64,000 nt of DNA. It comes from Squalus acanthias. Taxonomy: Eukaryota. The position numbers were made by a program, and so were the translations under genes. Below the pieces are notes generated by a model that worked only from the letters and a program-made list of their open reading frames with translations, did not search any database and was not told the origin of the DNA. The stretch is taken from NCBI GenBank assembly GCA_030390025.1, contig CM059427.1:186620001-186684000 (forward strand). The letters are read 5' to 3'. Positions 32,683-45,530 of the stretch are shown piece by piece (within the stretch, counting starts at the first letter, position 1; every line of letters begins with the position of its first letter).

Positions 32683-33728
32683 GAGCTGGATTTTGAATGA
32701 CCCATGGAGTCGGGTTTGGAGGCGTGTGGGGGGTTAAATTTGTGGGGTCGGGGTTTCCGACCCCATCCCGCTTCCACGCAACTTTGACAAAATCAGTCGC
32801 GGGGTTCCCGACTGCGCCCCGCCTCCAAGAGGCGGGAGAGGCCATTAAAACACTTGGGCAACACGGTGGCATAGTGGTTAGCACTGTTGCCTCACAGCGC
32901 CAGGGACCCGGGTTCGAATCCGGCCTCGGGTGACTGTCTGTGTGGAGTTTGCACATTCTCCCCGTGTCTGCGTGGGTTTCCTCCGGGTGCTCCGGTTTCC
33001 TCCCACAGTCCAAAGATGTGCGGGTTAGGTTGATTTGGCTATGATAAATTGACCCTTAGTGTTAGGGGGATTAAATACGTGGGGTTACGGGGATAGGGTG
33101 GGATATGTGTCAGTGCAGGCTCGATGGGCCGAAATGGCCTCTATCTGCACTGTGGGGATTCTGTGAACAAGCCCTAAATTGGGTCTGCAATGCTATTTTG
33201 AAACGTTGTAGCTAGTTTAACCCTTTTCTGACGTGAAGCACGCCTGGTGTGAAACACTCCAGTGAAACCTGGCGGGAGCACAAATGGATAGCTGACTATC
33301 GGCTGCAAGTCCACTATTACAACGGAGATGTGATGAAGGTAGTAGTATGAGGTGTGAAAGTCGCCTCTGATACTGCTACATTCAATGTCATGGCATTTGG
33401 TGTAAGAGGACTTGGATGCAAAAAATGTTCTCTCTCATATATATATATATTTATTTACAGGTCCACTCACATCAGAAGCAATGCAGACAGGTCCTCTCTC
33501 ACCAGTAGCCAGACAATCTCTGAGAGCAGGCACTCAGCAATGATGACATCATCAGAGGCGGGTTTCAGACTGAAACCACTAATTAGTTCAAGGGTTCCCA
33601 CATGCTGCAACTCAATTGCCCAATTAAGTGAAAATTGCATCAGGCATCCACATTAATCTGGAGTCGGGGGGGAAACACCAAATGCGGAGTACACAACCCC
33701 AACCCGACCCCAAGACAAAATCCAGCCC
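32683..33728. mobile_element. Non-autonomous TIR element with 3-bp TSD GCA (PIF/Harbinger-like by TSD length)
   Basis: TIRs GAGCTGGATTTTG / CAAAATCCAGCCC; GCA at 32680-32682 and 33729-33731. Confidence 0.7.
32856..33166 (+). mobile_element. HE1-type V-SINE nested in the TIR element
   Basis: Near-identical head and V domain to 7398-7715. Confidence 0.9.
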
Positions 33729-34574
33729 GCAGTCTCTGAAGACCAGATTGGTCCAACTTAGAAATTTGGCAAATAGATTGTACATTTGGTGATTTTTATT
33801 CTGGATTTATTTTGCCACTTTTTTTTCTCTGTCTTGATTAGTTTGTAGTATGGGAATTTGTACATCCTGAGGTGTGTATTTCAATAATTACTAGTTTAGG
33901 TATCTCTTATTTTACTTCTCAAGTATTGACTAGCACTATAGTGACTAATGATGAGCCAGTGGTGTAGGTGCTTGTTCAGTTTGACGTGGTGGGATTTGTG
34001 CCTGTGATTCCTCACACAGTGCCGGTGATTTTAACTCTTTCCGATCGTGTAAAATGGCCGATATTGGATTGGTCCCTTGAAGTCAATGGAAACGAAGATC
34101 AGACGAGATGTTTAACGGGAGGCCGTTCCAATAACGCCCATTTACAATATCGGAAAAAGTTAAAACTACCCGCTGGTGAGTTCCTCATCTCAACTGGACT
34201 ATGTGCTAAGCAGTTGAATGGAGGCAGGTCCGTCCCAACTGAGAGGGAATAAAACTTGGGTCAGTCACCTCGGGGCGGGGGGGCTTTCCCGTACCACCTC
34301 CCAGCTGGTCACAGAATGAGGCGCGGAAGAAGGTGCTTGTTCAACACTGTTTCTGGCAAAGAAGATCCCAAAACTAACAAAGGGGAGATTTTCCTGGGTC
34401 GGTGCCCAAGGGTACTGCATCCACCTGGTTGTTGTGGATATCAGATAATCGGAGCATCGTCTGACTGTCCGATATTCACTCCATCCAGTGCCCCTTGGAA
34501 CAGACCCAGGAAAATCCCCATCTCAAACATTTTCTACAAAATGTGGCTGTTGATACGTTACAGAAAATTCTAAG

Positions 34575-34885
34575 TCTAGACTGCGGATGAGACGTTAAAC
34601 CGAGGCCCCGTCTGCTGTAAAAGATCCCGCGGCACTTTTTCAAAGAAGAGCAAGGAGTTCTCCCCAGTGTCCTGGCCAATATTTATCCCTCAACCAACAT
34701 CACTGAAGAAATAGATGATCTGGTCATTTATCTCATTTTCGTTTGTGGGATCTTGCTCTGCGCAAATCGGCTGCCGAGTTTCCCTACATTACAACAATGG
34801 CTACACTTCAAAAACACTTCATGGGTTGTAAAGCCTTTTGGGATGAACTGAGGTCATGAAAGGCGCTACATAAATACAAATACTT
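34575..34885 (+). mobile_element. Deu-domain SINE body and 3' tail (further fragments at 43395-43570 and 54165-54285)
   Basis: gatgagacgttaaaccgaggccccgtctg...gtgtcctggccaatatttatccctcaacc...gaaaggcgcta. Confidence 0.7.
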
Positions 34886-35334
34886 TCCTTTTCATTTTAC
34901 AGGCTTTGATAATATTTTCATGTGTTTCAGCTTTTCATAATGTTTGATGAATTTCTGCTTTGGAACAAATTTTAAAAGTCTCGATAATCATTTGTTTACT
35001 TGTTATCAATTGTAATAAAAAGGTTGGTTTGGAATGGAATGGGTTGGTATTTCCTATTGAACCGCACTCTAATAATGGGGAAGAGTAACTTTCCTTTTGA
35101 GTTCTATTCTCCGAGCCATTCATGGAAATACATCCAAGGTAATGGATCTGTGGGCTCGATAAACCACTTCGAATCCAGCACAGTACATAATAAAATGTAT
35201 CTGCTAAAACTTGAGATTATTCTGTTTGAAAGCCTCCTGTGATCACAGAAACATCAACTCACTTTAGTGGGGTCTGGATCAGAAACAATTGATCAAGGTT
35301 TCCCCAGCGGTTTGATGAGTTTATCCGCAAAACT

Positions 35335-36560
35335 AACAACAACTTATGATTATATAACGCCTTTAACATAGAGAAACCTCCCAAGGTGCAGCGAAGAAGA
35401 AATTAGGAGGGCTGACCAAAATCTTGGTCAAAGAGATGGGTTCCAAAAGATATGGAGAGGCGGAGGGATTTAGGGAAGGAATTCCAAGCATGAATCCTAG
35501 GCAGATAAAGGCATGGTTACTAATGGTGGAACCAATGGAGGCAGGATTCACAAGAGGCTTCATTCAGAGTAATGGAGATTTTGGGGTTCTGACGATGGAA
35601 GAAGTTACTGAGATGGTGGGGGGGTGGAGGTGAAGTCACGGAGATTTAAACAAAGGATGAGAGGTTTATATTTGAAGTGTTAGCAGATCAGGAGCCAATG
35701 TCGATCAGCAAGGACAGAGGCCATGGTGAATTAATGGAGGATAGGACACGGGCAGCGGAGTTTTGGATGAAATAAAGGTTATGGAGGATAGACAATGGGA
35801 AACTGGCCAGGAGAGCATTGGAGTAACCGAGTGTGGAGATGACACAGGCATGTATGAGGGTTTGAGTGGCAGATGGGCTAAGGTAGGGATGGAGGCAAGC
35901 GATGTCACCTTCAGACATGGGGTCAGCTTCCACATATATGCTGAAGACAGACAGCTCTTCCTCCCCACCATCTCTCTTGAATTTAATGGAGGAGTTGAGG
36001 TGAATATTGAAATTCTCAAGGATAAGGAGACACTCAGTGCCGAGGGAAGAGAGATGGGAGGACATCATTGAACGAAAGATGGCATGGGACTTGGGAGGGC
36101 AAAATAAACATTGGGGATTTTAAATAAAAGGCAGGAAAGATGGAAGGGCCTGACGTGCTCAATGGAGGAGAAGGTGACGCAATAGTCGAGGGAGAGGCCA
36201 AGCTGTTACTTGGAGATGAGTGGCGTACTGCTACTACTGACCTCCTGTTCACCCATCACCCCTGTGCTCGCTGACCTACATTGGCTCCCCGCCCAGCAAT
36301 GCCTCAATTTTAAAATTCTCATCCTTGATTTCATATCCCTCCATGGCCTCACCCCTCTCTATCTCTGTAACCTCCTCCAGCCCTACAAGCCTCCACGATC
36401 TCTGCGCTCCTCCAATCCACCTCTTTGACCAAGTTTTTGGTCACCTGTCCTATTATCTTCTTGTGTGGCACGGTTTCAAATTGTGTTTGATAACGCTCCT
36501 GTGAAGTACCTTGGGATGTTTTACTACGTTAAAGGCGCTATATCAATGCAAGTTTATTTA
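35335..36560. mobile_element. Cluster of decayed L2 LINE fragments on both strands
   Basis: LIHACVIS.L.YSNALL, QNSAARVL (minus); ITPVLADLHWLP...FKIL (plus); L2 3' tails. Confidence 0.7.
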
Positions 36561-36854
36561 TTGTAGTGAGGGTGGTGTAACGTATAGTCAGGTGGGAAAG
36601 CTTTCGTTAGAGGGCAGAGGTTACCGCCCACGTGCCACATTTCTGCTCAGTGCCAGGATGTTAATGGGATTATCTACAAACAGGTCGTGAATAGCAAGGG
36701 CCTTGTTCACCAGTGAATGAAGGGAGGGCAATACAGAGCGGGCTTGTGATTGCTAATCCACTGGTGGGGTCTGGGGTGCTGATGGTGGGAAGGTTGAGCA
36801 CGATGGGGAGGAGGCTGGCGAGGTTAACCTCAGAAGAAAGCGCTGGTCAAGCTG

Positions 36855-37023
36855 ACTGGTTAAAGGGGAAGATGGGATACTTGGCTCCGGTCTAGAACCC
36901 CAGCTTACTAAAATTGCTTGCTTAAAGGCTTCAAGCAACAAAAAGAACAATTTACATGTGAATAATATCAATGGTGCCACTGGCAGTAATCCAACAGGCG
37001 GTAATTTTCACTACACATCATTG
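36855..37023 (+). repeat. 169-bp direct repeat, copy 1 (copy 2 at 39352-39520)
   Basis: Four mismatches counted by eye, no indels. Confidence 0.9.
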
Positions 37024-37234
37024 TCTATACAGCATTAAACACAGATTTAATAGAATAAGTCAAGTCAACCAAGTTTTAATGTTATTTAAGTATAAATACA
37101 TCTATTGTTATCATCTGTTTATTGATAACAAATCATGGCCTAGAATTACAGCTGTGCAGCGCCCGTTTTTTGGGCACTACCGGCTTCCTAAGTCTCCAAT
37201 ATGGCGGTCAGGAAGCGAGCGCACCTTTCCAGCC

Positions 37235-38898
37235 TGTAAGGTTTCCAAAATTTACAGATCTCCAAAACCTAAGGAAAAAGGACTTTGGAACTACCTCAGA
37301 GTGATAAAAATGCATTTGGGCCTAACATAAGGAATTTAAGACCAAAAACCAAGTTTTAGCATTTTAAAAAACATGTCTGGGCCTGTAAAGGGACAAGGAG
37401 GTGGGTTCGACCTCTGTAAAAAAGCAGTTTGGGTATTGCAGTTAATTACACTGCCTGGGGAACCAGGATGACCCCACTCAAGCCCCAGCAGACATTAACA
37501 TTTTGACAATAGACCCTGGGAGAAGGCAGTCCCACCCAAAACACAGGCCCCATCAAACCGATTACAGGGTCCATCAGAAACATGCATAATTAGAAACACT
37601 CAGATCCATTCCATAGAAATCCCGGGCCCAGTCAAGAAAACCAAACACAAAAACAATCACCTGCAATTAACCGAGGAGATCGACAGGATGCAAGCCATCC
37701 CAAAAGCCATTTGACACTTACAGAACAGTTACTGGTAACTAGCCCGCCAAAATCAGACAAAGAACCAAGCAGATTTGGCGTGCAGATAAGGCCATGTTCA
37801 ATGGGTGAGATTGAAGGCCTGTTCAAAACCAGTTAAAACGCTAGTAAAGTCGTTACCGTTAACGAGCCCGCCAAAACCAGACAATGAACTGAGCAGATTT
37901 GGCGGGCAGATAAGGCCACTTCAATTTGGCATAATTGAAGGCCTGTTAAGCGGTTCGACAGTCGAGACAAGCGGGTCATCAGCATCACACACACAGTCCA
38001 GTGTGGAGACAGGGAGCAACATCACAGACCCAAGTCGAGCTGGAAGCGAGTCGGCATCGCTCACCACTCAGACACACCTGAGTCCAGCTCATGAAGATAC
38101 CACCTCGACGGACCTCCAACAACGGTCCCAACACAGTCACCCGGAGCAACAAGCCGAAAAGCCACCGACCGCTCCACGAGGTCGACCGACACACTAGACA
38201 AGGCCTAAAACCATCGCGGAAACCAAAGGCCTCACAAAACCAACAACCGCATATTACCCCCAACTGACCGGGCAATAGCAGGCCACCGCGACCAACAAAG
38301 ACCAACTCAAGGGAAGAAAACCCAAAGAATCGCAAAGTTTCCACTCTACAATCTACTCCTGACTTACCCCTGGGTAAGATTTTACCATAGACTCTAAGTC
38401 CTACTGCTAACCAAAAGAAATTGGGTACTCACCAGCTAAATCCAAACTGACATCCTACCGCATCAGCGGACTCGCGAAGACTGACCAGAGACCCAGGTGA
38501 AGTCCTCTACCGCGTACAGGGTACGGCAGACACTAACCGACAAACAACGAACCCCAAAACCGTGATTTAGCTCAACTGTCAAAGTATTGGTGAGCATTAT
38601 CCCTGGTCCTTCAAAGCCTAACTTAGCTAGTAAAGTGGGGTTGGGGGGGGTGAAGTATTGTTCTACTGTCATTTCCCTCGCTTGTACTGAAGTGTTCCCC
38701 ACCTTTAGAGTGTTAAGAGTGTTATTATTGTGTTTTGCCTTTTAATAAAGATTGAAGTTCTTTCATCAAACCCAGTTATCTGCTGCACCTTTTATCACAA
38801 CCCCCAAATAAGTCCAAGGTCTAGAACCAAGTGAATGGGAGCGATTCGAACCGCTCAGAAGTCAGAGATGAAGCTGACACAAACCACCACCCGCTACA
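37235..38898 (+). mobile_element. Solo LTR (1664 bp) of a distant family of the same retrovirus group, opposite orientation
   Basis: TGTA...TACA; TSD AGCC (37231-37234, 38899-38902); GGTGAGCAT at 38589; AATAAA at 38744; U5 block aagtcca..gtctagaacc...gag.gattcgaacc.ctc shared with the other LTRs. Confidence 0.85.
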
Positions 38899-39351
38899 AG
38901 CCGGAGGTGCGCCGCCTGCTATTTTGGATAATATGGTTGTGCTGGTGGCCGGAGTGCATGACACGTTTTGCAGGTCCCCTTCTCAATTTCCGACTCCTGC
39001 AACGCTTCATATTAAAAGAACACGGGCTGCTCCCCCCCCCCCCCCGATTGGCGTAGCTCCGCCCACCCCCACGATTGGCATGGCTTCCCCCGACCAGGCC
39101 TCCAATCGACCCTCTTTCCCCCCCTTCCGACCCAGATCGCTGTCGATCCCACCACCCTGGACCGAGGCCCAATCGCCACCCTACCCGCTACCAACCCCCG
39201 CCCCCCGTGACCTGACACTCGCTCGATACTCCCCCTCACCGCCAGCCCCCTACCAAACCCCGCCCCTCGCGACCCGACACTCGCTCGATACTCCCCCTCA
39301 CCGCCAGCCCTCTACCACACACCCCACCCCCCTGGCCAGCCCTCATCCCCC

Positions 39352-39520
39352 ACTGGTTAAAGGGGAAGATGGGATACTTGGCTCCGGTCTAGAACCCCAG
39401 CTTACTAAATTTGCTTGCTTAAAGGCTTCAAGCAACAAAAAGAACAATTTACATGTGAATAATATCAATGGTGCCACTGGCAGTAATCCAACAGGTGGTA
39501 ATTATCACTACACGTCATTG
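39352..39520 (+). repeat. 169-bp direct repeat, copy 2
   Basis: See 36855-37023. Confidence 0.9.
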
Positions 39521-41099
39521 GATTAGTTCTTCACTTAACTGAGGGCGGCTTCCAGCGTCACAGTTGCACAATGTTCAAACACACTTCGCCGGCTGAGTTG
39601 CCTCTTACTCTCTGCAGCTCGCTTGCTTCATGGAAATGAGCCCAAAGCCCAATATCGGGACCGCCTCAGTCCTCACCATTCAAGGGTAGGGATTGAGACC
39701 AGCGCCCCCCCTGCCGCGGCCGAATTTCTAGGTCCAAATAACTAAACAACAGCCACCAATTTATGTTGAAAATTCACCTCAACTCTCGCAAACCGCCTCT
39801 CCTTCGAATTCACCACACTCCTATCCTCCCATAATTTAATCCAACCACATGCTTGGCCACCCGCTCGATCTTGCTCGTTCTCACGGCCTCTCCGTAGATG
39901 CGCTCAGGATCTACGACAAGGCTGTTGCTGCCTACTTCCTCAGTGAAGCTATAAACCTGGAGCCACCCTGCTGTGCACACCACTCCAGTGTCCTGATTTA
40001 ATCGGGACATCCCGCTTTTGTGGGTCAATTGCCGTTCTGCTCCACTTCCCCTTTTACAGGGCAGCATTTCCCAAATGTTGATGTTCCTAAAACGTAATAA
40101 TAAACCTGACAACCAGAAACACTAAGAGCTGATTTCCTTCACAGCCTGGATGCAGATTTACTGCAGATAAAGCAACCTCCCTTAGAAGGAACTTCTGAGA
40201 CTTGATAGCTGAGAAAAGCACCTGTGTCAATGAGAAATACGCTGCGGTTAACCACCGCACTCTACTTCAGGGTGTGGTGTGATATCGCAGCGTACAGCAT
40301 CGCAGAGGCTCAATCTTCAAATACACTTCGCCGGGGGAGCTGCCTCTTACTCACCGCAGATCGCTCACTTCATGGATCGCAATGTCAAAAATAGCAGTGT
40401 TTACCACTAGAAGAAATAATAGGATGGGGGACAACCCCTGAGAGAAAGCTCAGAGCAACAGTTCAGCAAAAACGGAAGTCTGAAACCACTTGAAAAAGGT
40501 GGAGGCATCAACAAACGTACAAGCCCAATACAAAGATTAGCCCATAAACTAATGGTGAGCCAAATATGTTGAAGCCGGCACTGAAAGATACAGGTGTACA
40601 GCGCAAAGCACCTGTGAAACAATTCAGTCAGAGAGCCTCGTTCCACGGTGTACTCTTTTGATAGGTACCAAATCAAATATCTGTCAATCAGTAAAAATTT
40701 AAATGAAACTTAACAAATTAAATTAAAATTTGGTTGCCCAGGGCGACGATGCACTCCAGTCCCCGCGGCGCCCACCGGTCGCGGAAAAACTCAAGCATGC
40801 CGTTCCACGGTGTAATGGGGGAGCGACTTTCCTCAGAGTTGCTCCCGCTCCGCCGCCATTATTTCATCACATGCGTAAACGGGGTTTCCGTCGGACTTCC
40901 GCTGAAGTTATGGCGATGGAGCGGGAGTAACGCTGAGGAAATTCCCGGCCCATGGTGTCAGCGGTTCACGACATTACACAAGAATCATGTTATGAAGACT
41001 TACAAACCATTTCAGCAGATTAAACAACATAACCAATCTTCAGCATTCTTCACACAGCCCAACCAAAGAGTAAAACACGATGGGGGTGATTTTGACTTT

Positions 41100-42721
41100 T
41101 GTAAGGGATTCTGACCCTGCGTGTCTCGCAGCCTGTGAGATTCACGTGGCTCTGTGCAGCCTGTATGTCAGTGCGGGTCTAGGCCTCGTTGCCTGTTCTG
41201 GTCTCCAGCCAGTCTGGGAACACTAGACACACCTGTGAGTGGTTCGAATCACTCTCCCTTACGGTTCTAGACACTGGACTTAGATGCGAGAGCAGTAATG
41301 GAGATGAAACTCATGTAGACTTGGTTTGAATGGTACGAAATGGAAAATCTTTATTGCATGATACTTAAGATTATGAAATACATGTCATAAGCACAGATTA
41401 ATGACAGTACAATCTTACAAACAGTTATATAGTCGATCTTAGGGAAACGAGGAACGAACGGCACAAAGTAAATAGGGGCACACATTACAAATATCCTTAA
41501 TCCTTAAACCCTCCCCTATCAATATCTATCCTAAACTAGATTCGTAGGATCTCGAGACTCATGCTCACCACTCGTGATAACTCGGAGAAATTCCGAATAG
41601 CTGATCGGATGTTTTTCACCGCAGCACCCACGTGTCGGTCAGGAGATCTCCTGGTCCCACTTGTTTACTTGCTTCTGCTGCTCCGGCTAGCAGGCTGGAA
41701 CGTCTGCTGTGATGAAGATCTGTATTGGTGGCTTTCACATTCCAGTTACTTTGGGCACAGTCCAGTTATCATCGATGCAATATGTTTCGTTATAAGTTCG
41801 AAGAAGTCTTCCTGGCGAGGAAAACTTGGCTAATCGACCTACAGGCGCGGTCGGGATTTACTGACCGTGGCGATGGATATGGTCTTCCTCTCTTCTCATC
41901 TCATCTCATCTCATCTCTTCTCGGGCCTTTTGGTTCCGATACCGGTTACCAATATAGGTCTTCGTTACGCGACACGAGGTAGATCCGAACGGATCAGAAA
42001 GTTCAACAGTCTTTTCAGAAGAGGCAACAGGCAAGCAGAAGCCCAACTACGAGTACACAGGAGCAGCCACGATGATAAGAGCAGCAAGAGAAAGATGGAC
42101 GGTTTGGAGCCTGCAATTATAGTGCAAAATCTTCCGTTTCCCGCCCAACTATAATGTCCATTCTTTTGTTTAAGATCTGGCGCTCAAATGTCTTGTATGG
42201 GTGATCTCCGTTCTTAATGGGTTTCGGGGCTACTCGTAAATGTCTGAGTACCTGTTAATATTTCTCCCATTGTTAAATCGGTCGGTAATCTCCCTGGAGG
42301 GGTTTGGGGCTTCCAAGTGTCCTGTATAACTACCTGCTAACGGCTCTCTCATCGTAGAGTCGTTGGGATTTTACATATTAATGTCTTTTGGATGGGCCCT
42401 TGATTACTCGGTACAATGGCTTTCCTTTGTACCTGGGAGACCGATTTCAGTATCTATGTGTATACTGCAAACCCATAATGTCTCGTGTATTATCTTCACT
42501 GTGCTGACTCTTAATCGATCTTGCACAAATGTTTATTGGAACGCCATCTTGTCTGCCTGTTGAAAAGTCTAGAATGTTCTGTCACGAGGTGCGGCGGCCA
42601 TTTTACAGGCTGCTTGTGTCCACTTTAAACCTGTCAGCATTCTGCTGAAATAAAAGCTGTTTGAACGAAACTCTGTGTTTTCTCCTTATTAACAAAATCG
42701 CGATATATTGCGAATTCTACA
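41100..42721 (-). mobile_element. Solo LTR (1622 bp), same subfamily as 24532-26193
   Basis: TGTAAG...TCTACA; TSD CTTT (41096-41099, 42722-42725). Confidence 0.95.
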
Positions 42722-43921
42722 CTTTGGCCAACAATGTAAATCGGGTGATATCGGATCAGACGACCATTGTACATCTCGCCATTGTGGAAATGGAAATTGG
42801 GAAAGATATATAATGGTGGGCTGATCTGATATCGCCAGCTTTAAACTTTTGCCCAAAGGCAAACTCAACCCTTCTCTATTTATGGAATGAATTTTCCCTC
42901 ATCTCTCCTCTGTTATGTTTGATATTTTTCTATGATCTCCCCACAAGGTACATAGACTAGAGTAGAGGCCAGAGCCTAAGTACAAAAACAATACCTTACT
43001 CACACTGAGCTAAAACTTGAATATATTCATTAAGGATGAATTTGTACAAAGAGTCATGAAATTGGTTGGCCGTTCTGGTGAACTCCCACTATAATTCTGA
43101 GCAATTTCCTCAGGCTCTGGTCTTGCGAGGGAGATGCCTGTACGTATGTTTAGAGGGTAGAACCTCCGCCTACTCCAAACAAGGCTACTGACACAGATGG
43201 AGGGGTCAGGATGTGAGGACTCCATGTCGGGGGTTTCCAGTCCTTGGCCCTCAATTTGGACTCAATGAACTGTTGGCGCAGGTACTCAGCAAGCATACCT
43301 CGCTAAAACTGATGGAGTGGGGCCAGAACCAGGGCCTGAACCCCCGAAGATTGGGAGATGGAGTTGGGGGAGAGCAGAAATTTAAAAAAAACCTGATTAT
43401 CTGGTCTTTATCGCATTGCTGTTCGTGGGAGCTTGCTGTGCACAAATTGGCAACCATGCTTTCTACATTAGAACAGTGAATTCACTTCAAAAGTACTTCA
43501 TTGGCTGTAAAGCGCTTTGGGATATCCTACGGTTGTGAAAGGCACAAATCTTTCTTTATACAAGCAAATACTTTTGAGACAGGAGATAAGCTTTTTAATG
43601 TGTGCTGTTATTCTTGTTGCTGTGGTCTGGTGGCGGTAGAGAGCAGCAGTAGTGTTGGGGCCTAGAAATGAATTTGTCGCTCTGTAAACCACTTCCTCTG
43701 TGGCAGGTTTGGTTCACCTGATTTACTCAAAGTCAAATCTCAGTCGATTCAAAAGCAAAGTTTCTGTTTCGGAGAGCCCTATCGGGTTTGTGTTAGAGAA
43801 AGGAGTGTTTCAAAGCTGTGTGCTTTTGGGTGAAGTGAGTTGTAGAAACGGAACTTTTGGGGTGAGAGGAACAGAAATGTGCTAACTAGTGGAAAGTTTG
43901 AACTTACATGAATGGTCTGAG

Positions 43922-44076
43922 CAATGTTCCCTCTAAATTTCTTTTGGGGTGCACGGCCCCTTTAAGGGGCAGTGTGGCCCCTTTAAGGGGCAGCGGGGCC
44001 CATTCGAATTCCTGCGCAGGTGTGGTTTTTCCATTGAGAATCTGGCAATCGGCCACGCAGCTTAACGGGAACATTG
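43922..44076. mobile_element. hAT-type MITE
   Basis: TIR CAATGTTCCC / GGGAACATTG; 8-bp TSD GGTCTGAG / GGTGTGAG (one mismatch). Confidence 0.8.
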
Positions 44077-44112
44077 GGTGTGAGGTCATCTGTATTGTTC
44101 AGAATGTTTCTA

Positions 44113-44815
44113 TAGAATTACATAGAATTTACAGCACAGAAACAGGCCACTCTCCAATGCCAGTGTTTCTGTTCCACACGAGCCTCCTCCCACTCTATTT
44201 TCTTCATCTCGGCCTATCCACATATCCTGCTATTCCTTTCTCCCTCATGTACTAATCCAGCTTCCTGTTAAATGTATGTCTGCTATCCGCCTCAACCACT
44301 CCATGTGGTGAGTGTTCCACATTCTCACCACTCTCTGAGTAAAGAAGTTTCTCCTGAATTCATTGTTAGATTTAATTGTGACAATCTTATAAGAACATAA
44401 AAACATAAGAAATAGGAGCTGGAGTAGGCTATTCGGTCCTTCGAGCCTGCTCCGCCATTTAATAAGATCACGGCTGATCTTTTACCTCAATTCCACCTTC
44501 ACGCCCTATCCCCATATCTATTGATTCCCTTAGTTTCCAAAATCTATCGATCTCTGTCTTGAATATACTCAATGACTGAGCCTCCGCAGCCCTCTGGGGT
44601 AGAGAATTCCAAAGATTCACCACCCTCTGAGTGAAGAAATTTCTCCTCATCTCAGTCCTAAATGGCCGACCGCTTATCCTGAGACTGTGACCCCTGGTTC
44701 TAGACACTCCAGCCAGGGGAAACGTCCTCTCAGCATCCAATCCATCAAACCCTTCAAAAATGTTATACATTTCAATAAGGTCACCTCTCATTCTTCTATA
44801 CTCCAGGGAATATAG
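44113..44815 (-). mobile_element. Two nested CR1 3' fragments
   Basis: YSLEYRRMRGDLIE...NFFTQRVVNLWNSLP; CR1 tails at 44113 and 44390; resumes at 45531. Confidence 0.85.
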
Positions 44816-44816
44816 A

Positions 44817-45530
44817 AGAGGTGACCACATTTTCTAAACCGAATCCGGGACAACACAGTAAAGTAGGCCGGATGGAAATTGTAGGTTGCGCAGCTCTGTG
44901 AGGCAAAACTTTTTGTTATTTGATGCAAGCTGAATCTGCAAAAAGCAGCACCAGAACTTTCCACCTGAATAGCGCAGCCGCTGTTCACAACATCTGCTGG
45001 CCGCAATCACCGGCTCCTCCCCCTCCTCAGAGCCCGACACTCACCCACACCACATGAGGTCGCAGAGCGCGCTCCGATCCAGCTCTCGGGACATCCACAA
45101 GGCCCAGCTCCGGCCACCGCTCAGGAGTCCTGTTACCAGCTCCCCCGTTACTCGGACATTTTGGCTCTGGGCCCCGATTTCACTTCAACCGAATTTCCCA
45201 GGACTATCCGGGGATTGGGTAGGGGGAGGGGGTGGGGTGGGTGGGGTGGCGGAGCATGCGTACTGCAGCCACAGAGCGCGATCTCTGCAAAAATTAAAGT
45301 CCCTCAGTGAGTCCACCCCTTCTACTGGTTGAAAACTGGAGTTTGACATCCCTCCCACCAATCGGAATACGCCCCGCCGCACAGCCCCGCCCACTTTATT
45401 AATCGACCGCAGGGCAGCTCAGGGACGAGTTTCCTGAACCGGGGATTCTTCCGGGGACATTGTTTGCCCCGGGATACTGTCCCTCATCCGGGGAATGACC
45501 CTGGAAAAACAGGGACGTATGGTCACACTA
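44817..45530. mobile_element. hAT-like non-autonomous element inserted in CR1
   Basis: Ends gtgacca / tggtcac with subterminal ccggga repeats; ATATAG on both flanks. Confidence 0.6.

Larger units (their letters stand above)
2525..33761 (+). pseudogene. Four-Ig-domain (V-C2-V-C2) type I membrane receptor, CD4/LAG-3-like architecture; inactivated by TE insertions and a nonsense codon
   Basis: Seven exons reconstructed with canonical AG/GT and matching phases from D1 onward; W-x-C motif in D4; CR1 in D1, TAG in D3, TIR element in the last exon. Confidence 0.8.
32581..33761 (+). pseudogene. Cytoplasmic-tail exon, interrupted by a TIR element: 32581-32682 and 33732-33761
   Basis: ctcttgtcag| phase 0; MSNCRNPDEATGNETGDSQEALQSLNSNTDLKPA / VSEDQIGPT*. 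Confidence 0.6.
37137..39733. mobile_element. TIR element (ggcctagaatt ... aatttctaggtc) hosting a solo LTR and a captured flank copy
   Basis: Terminal inverted motifs; the gcgcacct..ccagcc / ggaggtgcgc inverted motif is split by the LTR. Confidence 0.55.

Noticed and set aside
2525-33761. Calling the host gene CD4 or LAG3
   Set aside because: Diagnostic tail motifs are absent, D1 lacks the disulfide and is not intron-split, and synteny is not visible.
39578-40376. About 58-bp diverged repeat at 39578-39635 and 40319-40376
   Set aside because: Short and diverged; most simply remnants of the same TE family.
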